From Phaeosaccion multiseriatum (lineage: Eukaryota > Protista > Ochrophyta, other classes), in contig OZ218951.1 of NCBI GenBank assembly GCA_965112735.1, forward strand, positions 5,084,001 to 5,148,000: a DNA stretch of 64,000 nucleotides. The letters run 5' to 3'. The position numbers and the translations under genes are program-made. The notes under the pieces are model-generated. The model was not told where the DNA came from, did no database searches, and saw only the letters and a program-made list of their open reading frames with translations. Shown here in pieces: positions 13,366-25,456 of the stretch. Every line of letters starts with the position of its first letter. The first letter of the stretch is position 1.

Positions 13366-15349
13366 ATGCAGCTCTTCAGTGTACTGGTGCTGGGCCTTCT
13401 GCTCGGCTGCTTCACCACCATGTGCGCGGCCTTCGGAAACAAGAAGAAGGACAAGGAGCCCCAAATGCCCAAGGCAAGAGGGTTGTAGGGCTTGATACGT
13501 GTATCTCCCCGACTGCAACATGTGCATGCCTGTTCTCCTTCTTCCCTTCCATTTGGACAGGCTTATCTGCCCATACGTGTCCCTCCCCTCTTCCTACTGC
13601 TCTTGTCTTGCGCTTGGACTATTTCGTTCAGTCCTCCCTTCCATCACGCGCATAGGCTCCTTTTGGCATTTCCTTGTCCCCTCTCTCGTTCAATCTCCTG
13701 ACGACCTCTCCTCCCCCTCTCCTCCCCTCTCCTCTTCTCTCCTCTCCTTTATTCAATTGTGCTCTCATCAATCTCATCGCCGGCCACTACCCACTGCAGG
13801 GAGCCGATGCCGCCGCCCTTGGCATCCAGGGCCTCGCCGCCAACGTCATGAAGGGCGGGAGCGAAGACTTCTTTGGCGATCTCATGAAGGACCTCGAGGA
13901 TCCCGAGATATTGGCAGAGGTGGAGAAGCTCATGAAAGGTGTGATATGGGAGAGAGGGGGAGAGAGAGAGAGGGAGTAGGAGTAAGAGCAAGAGGACCAC
14001 CTACTGCTGCTACTCCTCCTTTATACAGTTCGCCTCACTGCAGTAACTTACCTACCCAGCTCGCTCGATCAGATCTCCCCTCTCGCTTTGCATTGATGAC
14101 TGTATTGTCTCTTGCATGACTCTGCTGATTCATCAATCTGATGCCGCGCTCTCTCTCTCTCTCTCTCTCCTTTCTCCCTCCCTCATTTCTCTCTACAGAC
14201 AAGAAGTTTGTGAAGGAGATGAAGAAGTACACCGATGTAAGCAAGTTGTGGAGATAGAGAGGGGCGTGGGTCTGTGGGTCTGTGGGTCTGTGGTGATTAT
14301 GAGAGAAAGGGGCGCGTGTGTCTGTCACCCCTACTCCCACCCCAGTGCTGCAGCTCAGGAAGACCCTAAGAGAGAGAGAGTGGGTGGGTAGGTGGGCTGA
14401 GTCTGGTGTTGCTGCTGCTGGCGTGGAAAGGGAGGGGGGAAGAGCGCAGTCCACCCTCAGCTCAGATCATCACCCGTGAGAGTTTTGCCTGCCCATATGC
14501 TATGCCTGCTTGCCTGCGTCCCTGTCTGCCCATATGCTATGCCTGCTTGCCTGCGTCCCTGCCTGCCCTTCCATACGCCTGCCTTCGCCTCTTGATCCGA
14601 TCATTTGTTGACTAAAACACACCCTTTCTCTCTCTCTCTCTCCCTGCCCCAACCCCAACCAATGCCTGCCCATATGCCTGCTGGTGTCAGGACCCCGAGT
14701 TCAAGAAGGTAATGGAGGAGGCGCAACAGATCATGCAGGACCCCGAGGCCATGGCGGAAATGTCGGTACGTACGTAAACTTACGAGAGGGAGGAGATGCC
14801 ATGTCGAGTCCACTTAAGAGATGGAGGGCGTATATGGACCGGCAGGTATATGGGCAGGGAGGGAGGAAGGTAGGCGTATGGGCAGGCATGTATAGGGAAG
14901 GAGGGAGGGAAGGCGCATATTCAGGCAGGCATATGTGCAGGCAAGCATGTAGGGAGCCGCAGCAGGCAGCAGTGAGGCGCGGTGTTGGGGGGTGATGTGC
15001 CGATGGCACCTGACGGCACCCATGTCTGCATGTGTACACCCTCCCATGGGTGTATGTACCAACCCGTGCTGTGGTGCTTCACTTCCAAAGGCGTGGTCTC
15101 TCTCTCTCCCTCCCCTCCCCTCCCCCCCCGCCCTTCCTCCCCTCCCCTCTCCCTCCCTCCAATCTAATGGACACCCTGCTTTACTCTGCCCCTGCGCTGT
15201 GTGCCCGTCCACTGCCATCCATTCACCCCCCTCCCCCCCCCCCCCAGCGTCAAGCGGCAGAGTACGCAAAGCTCCTTCAGATGGAGGATAAGCAAGATAA
15301 GCTCAACAAGGGAAATGGTCCCCGGGCATCTCGGCCAGTGCGCGCCTAA
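13366..15349 (+). CDS. Signal-peptide protein with STI1-like (DP-repeat) helical domain, 5 exons; first intron is GC-AG
   Basis: Spliced product MQLFSVLVLGLLLGCFTTMCAAFGNKKKDKEPQMPK|GADAAALG...DLEDPEILAEVEKLMK|DKKFVKEMKKYTD|DPEFKKVMEEAQQIMQDPEAMAEMS|RQAAEYAKLLQ...RA*. Exons 13366-13473, 13800-13938, 14199-14236, 14691-14765, 15248-15349, with consistent phases. Confidence 0.8.
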
Positions 15350-15564
15350 GCTGATTGGTTGATTGATTTGCCTCACTGATTGATGGATTACCTGGTCGAT
15401 TGGTGATACAGCAGCACAGCAGCTGCTCGGGTTGGTACATAGAGGAGCGCTTGGCGGACGAGGAATGAGGAATGGAACAGTTACGAGGAATGTGTCTGCG
15501 GCAAGGCAGAGATGTGATCTTTATTCAGCAGCAGTTGGTGATAGATACAGTGGCAGTTGGTGAT

Positions 15565-15599
<35 letters not shown>

Positions 15600-16394
15600 G
15601 GAAGATGGGCAGGGCGGTAGGTCACATGCGGAGGCTGACGCTGGGCGGCAGACAGGTGTAGATTAGTCAGGCAGGAGGAGCAGGTAGGCTCAAAGCGGCG
15701 CTGTGACCAGCAGGAGGCGGCTTTGGGTATATGGTACGGTATCAACCATCTACCTGTCTACCCACCTACCAACCTACCTACCCACCAGCACAGGAGGGTA
15801 GAAAGAGTAGGGTATAGCATAGGAGGGTAGCAAGAGGGGGGTATAGCACTGAGTATAGGGATGTTAGGGTATATCGGGGGGGGAACTGGGAAATTTTAAC
15901 ACCAGTACTTCGCGACGAGTATTATTATTAGCGATACAGTAACATAGAAATATAGAAATATATATATACATCCACTTGTTAGTTGGAGAGGAGAGTGGGG
16001 CCCTCACAATGTTAGTTCCGCGCCACACGGAACTCAATTTTAATACGAGGAGCTAAGGACGAGAAGGCAGTAGACGGAACGGGTCGGTTGATCGTCGGCT
16101 CCGACCTTCCTTCCTCCTTCCTTCCTACTTACCGACCTACCTACCCACCTACCTACCTACCCACCTACCTACCTACCTACCTACCTACCTACCTACCTAC
16201 CTACCTATCTATCTATCTTTCTATCTATCTTTCTATCTATCTAGGCATCCTCCGATGCACAAGTCGAGAACGAGAAGGAATCAGAGGGGAGGAGAGGCAA
16301 GGGGCTCACTACAGGGACGAGGGTCTTTTCAGAGACGCCTACGCTTCCATAAGCCGATGAAGCCCAGAACCATTGGCTTTCATGAGCATCATCG

Positions 16395-16492
<98 letters not shown>
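16395..16492. repeat. (CAT)n microsatellite immediately after the RING gene stop codon
   Basis: ~32 perfect CAT units. Confidence 0.9.
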
Positions 16493-16493
<1 letters not shown>

Positions 16494-16494
16494 A

Positions 16495-17728
16495 TCACGA
16501 GTACACGGCAAGCTTTTGCACGATACGATTCCTGCACAGTGGACAGTCCACGAGCTCCTCCCTCTCCGAACACATCTGACACAGACACAGATGGCGACAG
16601 GGTAGCAGCAACACGCTCTTGTCTCTCTCGTGACACACCACACACAGCCGCTGCTCCGTCTTGTCGAGCTGCGCTTGGAGACGGGCCTCCTTTATCTGTG
16701 CCACCTGTGATGGTGTGCGTGTTGGTGATACAGGGGTGGTGGCATGTCAATGGGTGGGGTGGATTGGTGAGTGGGTGAGTGGGTTGGTGAGTGGGTAGGT
16801 GTGTGGGTGTGTGCATGTGTGGGTGCGTGTGTGTATGGGTAGGTGGGTGTGGCGGATGTGAGTGAGTGAGTGAGTGAGTGAGTTGAGCCTGTGTGTGCGT
16901 GTTTGGGTGGGTGATTCGAGGAATCGGAGTAGACAACACCTAATCCTCCGAGAGGTTCCTCTCGAGTGGCCCCAATGCATGCCCTACACCCCTACACCCC
17001 TATACCCTATACCCTACCTCCTATCCTCTTAGTACGAATACCCCCTATAGGTGTACATAAATATAAATATATACCCCCTACCCACCTTGTCCAGTGTCCG
17101 CTTTAGATCCTCCTCAAACAGCCCTAACTCTTTAAGAGGAAGGTCTTGAAGCCCCTCCCCCCTCAAACGCGCCTCCGCAGCGGCTTGGGCAGAGCGGGCC
17201 TGGGCAGTGCGCTCACCCGCCACCCGTTGCGCCTGTGTGTGTGTGTGTGTGCGTGTGTGTGCGTGCGTGCGTACGTGCGTGCGTGTGTGTGCGTGCGTGC
17301 GTGTGTGTGCGTGCGTTTTTGTATGTGTGTGCGTGTGCATGTGTGTGTGTTCCCAGGGGGGTGAAGGAGGGGGATGGCAGTGGGATGGGTAGGATTGGGG
17401 TTGGAGTTGTTGTGGTCTCGCTGGTTAGAAGTAGTATGTATGTGTGTACAATGTCGGGTGCGGGCGCGTGCGTGAGGAAGCTAGCGTCTGTTGTACTACT
17501 AAAGTACGCACCAACCGTAAATCCTCATTCTCCTGCTCGCTGTGCATGAGCTCACTCCACAGCCTGCTGCTCTGACTGCGCATAGCCTCCAGTTTCAGTT
17601 CCATGGCCTTCATCTCCATCTCCAAGCGGGTCTTGCGCTCCGACACCAGCGCCACATCTCGTCTTGCCGATGTCGACTCGGAGTTGCCGTCGTCGCCTCG
17701 CTCCCGCTGCTGCTCCCGCTGCTGCTCC

Positions 17729-17770
<42 letters not shown>

Positions 17771-19981
17771 ACTACCAACTGCTGTGCATCGCCCATGTCA
17801 GGGAGGTGTCGCCCTCCCCCCCCTCCTCCCCGTGCCCCGCCCAGGACGACTCTCTCTCCAGCATGCTCTCCTCGCCAGTACGCTGCAACCACCCCCCCCC
17901 CTTCAGCGCCGTCTTCGACATTACTGCCTCCTCTCGTTGCTCTCCCCGCGCCCGCCACTCCTCCTCCGCTTCCTCCTTCGTCTTCTTCTTCTTCTTCGCC
18001 CCCTCCGTCACAGAGCCACTCGTGATAGCGTCGGACGGCATCCTCGACCTGATTGGCCTCTGCCGCAGTGACGCCTCCTTCTCCTCCTCCTCCTCCTCCT
18101 CCTCCTCCTCCTCCTCCTCCTCCTCCTCCTCCTCCTCCTCCTCCTCCTCCTCCTCCTCCTCCTCCTCCTCCTCCTCCTCCTCCTCCTCCTCCTCCTCCTC
18201 CTCCTCCTCCTCCTCCTCCTCCTCCTCCTCCTCCTCCTCCTCCTCCTCCTCCTCCTCCTCCTCCTCCTCCTCCTCCTCCTCCTCCTCCTCCTCCTCCTCC
18301 TCCTCCTCCTCCTCCTCCTCCTCCTCCTCCTCCTCCTCCTCCTCCTCCTCCTCCTCCTCCTCCTCCTCCTCCTCCTCCTTCTCCGTTCACAGACGACCCG
18401 TAGAGGGGGGGGTTGGGGCCGGACCCAGACCCAAAGAGCGAGAAAGTGGGCTCGGCGGCCAAAGAAGCAGCACCACCATCGATGACACAGCCACCATCGC
18501 GGTTGTAGAGAGAGGCCATCAGTGCCGACCCTACGTCATCCTCGTGGTCGGTGCTGCTGCCGCCCCCCACGTGCTGCTGCTGCCCCTCGTGATCAATCAG
18601 ACCAGCGATTCTACTCCGGCGGCCACCGGTGGCACCGCTGACACCACCTCCTCCGAGGCAGGGGCTGTCGCCGCTGCTGCTGCTGCCACTGCTGCCACTG
18701 CTGCTGCCTCCGAAAGACTCGTAGCCTCCTCCCCCACTGCTCCGCTCCCTCTCCCGTTGGGCGCGGGAAGCTCGGCCCATGGGGTCTACTGTATCACAAA
18801 CTGCTTCACCTTGACCCGAGTGCCCTCTCGAGCCTGCTGCTGCTGCTGCTGCTACTGCTCCTGTATCACCAACTCCTGCAGTTGCTGCTGCGGAATACGC
18901 GTCGAGCGTGGCAGGCGTACTGGCGCTGCTGGAGATGATTCGCCTGCGCATTCGACCCGTTCGCTCGATCTGCGGGAGAGTGCAAGACGTGTTGCTACCA
19001 ACACTGCCGCTGCTACTGTTGGGGTTGTCGTTGTTGTTGTTGGGAAGAGTACCTCTCCGGTGCTGACTGCTACTGCTGCTGCTACTGCTGCTGCTTCTTC
19101 TGCTATTGCTGTAAAAGCTCCCAGGATCCGCCTCTTCGAGCACACTCAGCACATCTGAAATCAAGAGGCGTGGATCATGGGTAAGGGGTTGAGAGGAGGA
19201 GGGGAAGAGGGACTCGGTGAGGAGGCTGCGAAAGGCATCACGGAGAGAGGGGGTAACGAGAGCAGAGAGAGAGCGTAGAGAGAGAGAGAGGAGAGAGACA
19301 GCAAGAGAGAGAGGGCGAGAGAGAGACTGGGGCATCGGGGGATGGGAGTCTAATCGCAGGAGAAGTAATTTCCGCTTTTCACTCCTCAGCAGCCGGTCAG
19401 CGAGCCAGTCAGCCAACCCACCCGCCCCACCACCTAGCACACACTTCCCTCCCCTCCCTCCCTTCTCCCCTCCACGTACCATGCTGTCCCAGTGCCCGGG
19501 CTAAATCCAGCGCCGTCAGCCCCGAGCCGTTCGGTAGGTGTGGATTGGCCCCGTTCTCCACTAGCACCCTCACCAGCACATCCATGCCCCTCTTGCATGC
19601 CAGGTGAATTGGACCGTCCATCTGTCCCTCCCTTTGTCGATGGGCGATGGTACCTACATCGTCCGCGTCCACCTGCCGCGGCGGAGCCTTGTTAGGGTCA
19701 GCCCCGTGGTTGAGCAGGAGGATGGCTGTCGCCTCGTGACCGTTCCTGCACGCTGTGAGAAGCGCCGTCTCTCCGGAAGGGCTGGCCCAGTTCAGATCAG
19801 CACCAAGCTGCACCAGCGAGAGACACTCCTCCACATTGCCCGCCGTGGCTGCGGCCCACAGAAACGATTCCTTGAACCTGTCTAGCTGCCCCATGATGCA
19901 TCTTCCATCCTGCATCTTCCTCTCTCTGTCGCTTTTTGTCTCTTCTTTGCTGTGGATCCTCTTCCGTTTGTTCACCTCCAC
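16495..19981 (-). CDS. Ankyrin-repeat, coiled-coil, C-terminal C3HC4 RING protein (probable E3 ubiquitin ligase), 4 exons
   Basis: N-terminal ankyrins ([28 protein letters not shown]; PIHLACKRG...LVENGANP) and C-terminal [38 protein letters not shown]. Exons approx. 19981-19480, 19155-17516, 17233-17086, 16704-16495. Confidence 0.88.
18082..18378 (-). repeat. ~99 perfect GGA codons (poly-Gly) inside exon 2 of the ankyrin-RING gene
   Basis: Uninterrupted (TCC)n on the + strand, in frame with flanking coding sequence. Confidence 0.85.
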
Positions 19982-20407
19982 TCTCGCTTGTGGCAGGGTT
20001 GAGTGGAGCGCCTCGCGAAAGAGGGCAAGACTTAGCCTTACCTCCCTCCTCGGGGCTGATCTCTGCGTGGACAGAGGGAAGTGGTCCTCCGGAGGGCAGG
20101 CAGGGAAGGCCGCGCAGGGACAAAATTATCGTTACGGATCCAAATACCGGCCATTGACTTACTCTACGTTCTCCCTTCTCCGATATCTTTCCCACCCCTC
20201 TTCGCTTCTTCCTGTACACCCTTGGCTCTTCACCTCTGAATATAATACCCACCCCCTCCTCCACTGTATTGCGCAACCAGACCGCTCTCTAGGCTGCTGC
20301 TCTCATCTCATCTCCCTCTCTCCGCCGTGCCCACAGCCCGTTCCGTCAGCGGGACGAAGAAGTGGGGGAAAAGCAGGAGGGTAAAACGCACAACCTCGCC
20401 AGCATCC

Positions 20408-20904
20408 ATGACAAGGATTTGTGTCGCAGGCTTCGGTTTTAGCCACAATACTGGTCGGGCTTGCGAGATCGCTGCTTCCATTGCGGCGGCGCTCCCTTCC
20501 GACTACAGCACATGGTAACAAGAAGGGAGGGAAGGGAGAAAGAGAGAGGGAAGTTAGAACTGATGCGATTCCCCCGCTCACTCTCGCTTTGCTTCTGCCT
20601 CAGGTTCTATCTGAACTCTGACTTCAGAGCACCGGGCGGTCTGATGGATACCGTCAAGGCTGAATTGTCCCCCGAGCAGAAGGCTCGGTTTGAGAAGCAT
20701 AAATCGGCGCCGTTCGTCTGGCTGGAGGCTGGCACACCGCCTACATACACCGCTATCGGAGGTTGCGATGACTTCACTGCGTACGCGGCAGACAAGTTCA
20801 AAGACATTGCTCAGATTTCCAAGGAGTGTGTGCCGCCCAGTTTGTTTAGCAAAGACATTTGGCCGGCACGATGGGGGCCCAAGGCGACGGATGATAGCAG
20901 ATAG
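20408..20904 (+). CDS. Small glutaredoxin/thioredoxin-fold-like protein lacking CxxC, 2 exons
   Basis: MTRICVAGFGFSHNTGRACEIAASIA...STW|FYLN...HKSAPFVWLE...AIGGCDDF, with a phase-consistent intron at 20515-20603. The P-x-V/I and GG-x-D-D/F pattern is typical of the glutaredoxin fold and resembles the MDH1B N-terminal domain. Confidence 0.7.
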
Positions 20905-21044
20905 AGATCTACTTGCAGACATGATGTATTGTCCATGCCACTCTTATACTGTACAAGCTTCCAGCATATACCGTCGCATAAATATACGCAAAGTATACCA
21001 AGAAGTTCTCACGTGCTGCGACCCCTGACATGCTTTCGACGCAT

Positions 21045-21160
21045 TCTCGATAGCAGATAGCACGCCCTGGCGCTCGCGCCGGCGGGGGGGGTGGCAGATG
21101 ATCGACCGTCCGTTCGGTAGCAGGTCAAGGCCGGCTGACGCCGGCGGTAGCAGATAGCAC
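21045..21160. repeat. ATAGC-rich intergenic island 2
   Basis: tcgatagcagatagcacgcc ... ccggctgacgccggcggtagcagatagcac. Confidence 0.55.
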
Positions 21161-21336
21161 ACCGAGAGAGAAAGAAAAAAATGTCAGGGGTCGAACGTGA
21201 ATTGAAATGAAATGCCCGACAATCCCTGCCCGGTCCAAACTACAGCCTACAGCCTGCCTTCCCTCCCCTCCACGTTCTTCTACCCTCTTCCACCTCCGAG
21301 TCGCTCTCGTCCACCTTCCTCCCCTTCTCGTGTGAG

Positions 21337-21890
21337 CTATACAGGATCCACGGAGGCCCCCAGACGCAGCAGCTCCTTGGCGCAAGATGGCTGGTTGTCC
21401 ACGTCTGCACGCCAGATGGAGGGCCGAGGTAGAGTCTCTGAGGAGCCCCAGGACGGGCTGGGCCACCTTCGAGCCCCTTCTGAGTCCCAGGACGGGCTGG
21501 GCCACCTTCGAGCCCCTTCTGAGTCCCAGGACGGGCTGGGCCACCTTCGAGCCCCTTCTCGACGAGGGCGGTGATGCACTATGTGCGGCCGGCGTCGGCG
21601 GCGAGGTTAAGCAAGGGCACCTCGCGCTCTGGCTTGAGGGACTGAGTGAGGGTTGGCTGGCCCCCCACTTTTGACACCGCCGACACCGTCGCCGCTGACA
21701 CCGCCCCCCCTTCCGCCACGCTACCGCTCTTCGCCTCCTTGTTCGTCGTCTCCGCGAGACCACACGTGCCCACGCCCTTCTTGTAGGAGCCACGCGATGA
21801 GAAACTTGTCCCTCCTTGGCAGCGAGGTGCAAGGCCGTGTGCCGTTGTGTGCACTGTTGTGACACATGCCCCCCTCTCAAGCAGCGAAAG
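21337..21890 (-). pseudogene. Frameshifted ankyrin-repeat gene remnant
   Basis: Ankyrin fragments fall in different frames (HTALHLAAKEGQ; PLLNLAADAGRT; STSALHLACRRGQ; AKELLRLGASVDP) and are interrupted by a tandem repeat. Confidence 0.6.
21447..21559. repeat. 3 x 39-bp tandem repeat inside the ankyrin remnant
   Basis: cccaggacgggctgggccaccttcgagccccttctgagt at 21447, 21486 and 21525. Confidence 0.9.
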
Positions 21891-22084
21891 GGAGAGGGGC
21901 AAATTTATTGAATTTTAATAGGAATTACCTAAGAGGGTGTGAGCGAGGAGAGAGGGGATTATACAAAGTTATCACCTCAGAAATTTCTGAGGGGAGGAGG
22001 GGGAAATGGTCCGGCATCTGTGATTAGAGCTCCAACACGCGAAGATTTTGTTCCCCGCTGCGCAGAGGAATTGACAGCACAGCA

Positions 22085-23223
22085 ATGGCTGCTAATAATG
22101 CTACAGAGACGGTGGAGTCGGCTACCGAAGAGGTGCTGGCTTTGCTTCGCCTCTGCAGATGTACTGGCAGCAGCAGTGGCGAAGATTTAGGTAGCCCGCT
22201 CGTGCCCGACCTCGTGCAGACTCTGCAGGAGAAGCTCGCTGCTATCAAGAAGCTCCATGTCAGCTGGTGCCTTACTGCCAAGATTCGGGACGTGGAAGGT
22301 GCTACGGCAAGCTCGCTACTCTTCCCTCTTGCGGGAGAGGCGGTGCTGGCGGGGTGGGGTATGCTTGCGGCAACACCTGGCATTGGAGGTGGAGGCGGAG
22401 GGGGAGGAGGAGGAGGAGGAGGAGGAGGAGGAGCAGGAGGAGGAGGAGGAGGTGGTGGTGGAGGAGGAGGAGGAGCAGGAGGAGGAGGAGGAGGAGGAGG
22501 AGGAGGAGAGGACGGAGCGGCGGGAGGGGCTAGACTTGGTGGGATTGGGCTGGGGGTGAGTGCCATGGGAGGGCAAGGAGGAGGGCAAGCGGACCAACAG
22601 CAGAACGAACGAATTCAGTTCCTCACCACGGCACAGCAGGTATGCGCCTACATTTGGAGGATGGAGGAAAGCCGACCCGCGCTGGGTTTGATTAAGTATC
22701 CTCCTCTGGCTAAAGAAGAAGCAGGGGAGGCACAATCAGCCTCAACAGCAACACCGGCGACAAAGGATGGCGGGGTGTCCTCACAGCCGGCAGACGAGCA
22801 GGAGGCAGCAGCAGCCCCCGCAGCAAAGGCCGTCACAAAGGTGGTGCGAATATTCGAGCGGCGGCTGTTCGAGCGTCTAGAGGTGGGCCTGGAGGAAGAG
22901 AAGGCCTTCTTGAGAGACTCCTTGTACTGGCTCTACGCCACCTGCCCGCAGGCAAGGCCCTCGCTGCGGCAGAGGATGGCTGCCTTCCTCGTGCGCTGCG
23001 AGCGGGGAAGTGCGGGTAGTAAGCGGGCCCACGTCGCGTCGCTGCTGCAGGTGTTGGTACAGGTGAGGGATGGAGAGAGGGAGGGGGGGAATGAGTAAGG
23101 GGTGGAGGGAGGGAGGGAGGGATTGGGAGGGGGAGGGAGGGAGGGAGGTATGAGTGAATGAGTGAGTCCTTTGTATGTCAATTGCTGGGGAATATAGGGA
23201 GCCAAGAAGTTTGCAAGGGGCAA

Positions 23224-23258
<35 letters not shown>

Positions 23259-25424
23259 CGAAGGGGAGAGGGAAAGGGGGAGAGGGGAAGGAAGGTGGGC
23301 TGTGAGATGCATCGGTGATCATCTTCTTCCGCGGTCGATGTCACGGGATCCCCGTGTCCCTCTCCGCCCTCTACCACGGAACCTACCCCTCTCCCCCTCT
23401 TCCACAGAGTATGCCCAAGTATGAAGCTCTTACGAACACACGCACTCAAGCACCCACACCCTACTCTCCTCCTCCTCCTCCTCCTCCTCCTCCTCCTCCT
23501 CCTCCTCCTCCTCCTCCTCCTCCTCCTCCTCCTCCTCCTCCTCTCTCCGTCCTCCTCCCAACCATCCACACCCACACTTACACCCCCCCCCACATATCCC
23601 GTCACACGCACGCGCTCTCTCTCTCACAAACACACAGGTGGTGAAGGGTTTCCGAACGCCCCTGTCCCCCGCTGCCCTGCAGCTGCTGCATTCCGTGGTG
23701 CTGCCCCTGCACGCTCCCAACGAGATGGTCGAGTGGCGAGATCAAATCCCCATCATACAGAACTATCACGAGGACCTTGTCATCCTCCTCGCTCAGGTAC
23801 GTATGTACGTACTTGCGTAAGAGTACATAGTGGTGGGTGTGGTAGTAGATTGATGTGGACTTCCTTCCTCGCTTCCATTCTTCCTTCTTGCCTTGTGCTC
23901 TCCCCTCCTCTCCTCTCCTTCACTCTCTGTCTCTCTCTCCCTCTCTCACTCACTCGCTCTCTCTCGTCGTGATTCCCCTCCTGGCATGTGCGGTGTGCCT
24001 GGTGTTGGGACTGCGATGCCTCCAACACACCCAATCCCTCCTCCCCAACAAACAACGATTCACGCCTGCACTTTCCCACACGCGCGCACACACACACAAA
24101 CACTCATATCCGCGAGAACCTAAACCCACTACACACACACGCACACACGCACACACGCACACACGCACACACACACACGCACACATACACACATTTGCTT
24201 GCCCGCAGTTCTTGGAGAAGGGCAATGCCCTTGCTCTACCCGTGATGGAGGCCATCGTCAAGCACTGGCCAAGCGGCTTCACGTCCAACACACCCAAGGT
24301 TAGCAGTTGGTGATACAGAGGCGCCTTCCCACCAACACACACTTGCGCGCTCTCTCTCATACAACACGCACACACACCTTGCTCCCTCCCTCCTTCCCTC
24401 CCCACTCCCACCCCCTACCCATCCATTGCCATCCCACCCCCAACACACCCCCCCAACAACACGAACAGGAGGTCCTCCTCCTTCACGAACTGGAGACGCT
24501 TCTTCGCTTCGTCGACACGGAAACCTTCCCCCCCATCCTCCGCCTCCTCTCCCCCAAGCTCCTCTCCTGCCTCTCTGTAGACAACTCTCGTGTGGTGGAG
24601 CGAGCCCTCCTCTTGTTCAAGAATGAGCACTTTCTCCATCTTGTGCGCCCTCACCTAGGAATCGAACCCGAACCCGCAACGGGTGCTGGAGGTGGAGGTC
24701 GAGGGGGGGGGGTTGGGAGTGGGGGTGGTTTGATGAAGCCTCTGATGGTGGCGCTGCTGAGGGGGGGAGAGCCCTTTTGGAACCCCACCGTGAATAAGGT
24801 GAGGGGGGGAGGGAGGGAGGGAGGGAGGGAGGGAGGGAGGGAGGGAGGGAGGGAGGGAAGGAAGGAGGGAGGGACGAAGGGAGGGAGGGAGTCAAGTCAA
24901 GTCAAGTCAAATCCTTAAATCGAAATGGTAAACTGCCCCTCTACCCCCCTGATTGCCCCTGTGCTGCTAATTACAGATGGCAGCCCATGTTCTGGAGACG
25001 CTAGAAAAACTCGACAGCGAGGCCTTCAGACAGAGCGCCGAGCTGCTGTGGGGGGAAGGGAATGGCCGGCAGCTGGTGAGCCAGGGGCAGGCGGAGGGGA
25101 CCCAATCAGAGGGGACCCAATCAGTGGAAGAGGGAAGAGGAGGAGAAGGAGGAGAAGGAGAGGCGCTGCATGGCATGGATGTGAGTCCACAAGTGTCGCC
25201 GACAAGGCCACCACCACGAGAAGCAACAGCAGTTGGTGATACGGCAGGAGCAGTAGCAGCAGTTGGTGGTGAAACAGGAGCTGAGGCCCTCAAGCCGTCG
25301 CCAAGCCACAGCAGCAGTCAGATGGTCCACAGTCCAGAGATGTCTGCACCCGCGGGGCTTCCTCCTGCTCGCGTCCCTCGGGGGCCCGAGGAAGGGCAAG
25401 GGAAGGGACGTGGAGGGTCGATGC

Positions 25425-25456
<32 letters not shown>

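Noticed and set aside
17542-19158. 538-aa plus-strand ORF and many similar poly-S/P/L/H/THTH ORFs
   Set aside because: These are antisense or off-frame shadows of GC-rich exons and microsatellites.
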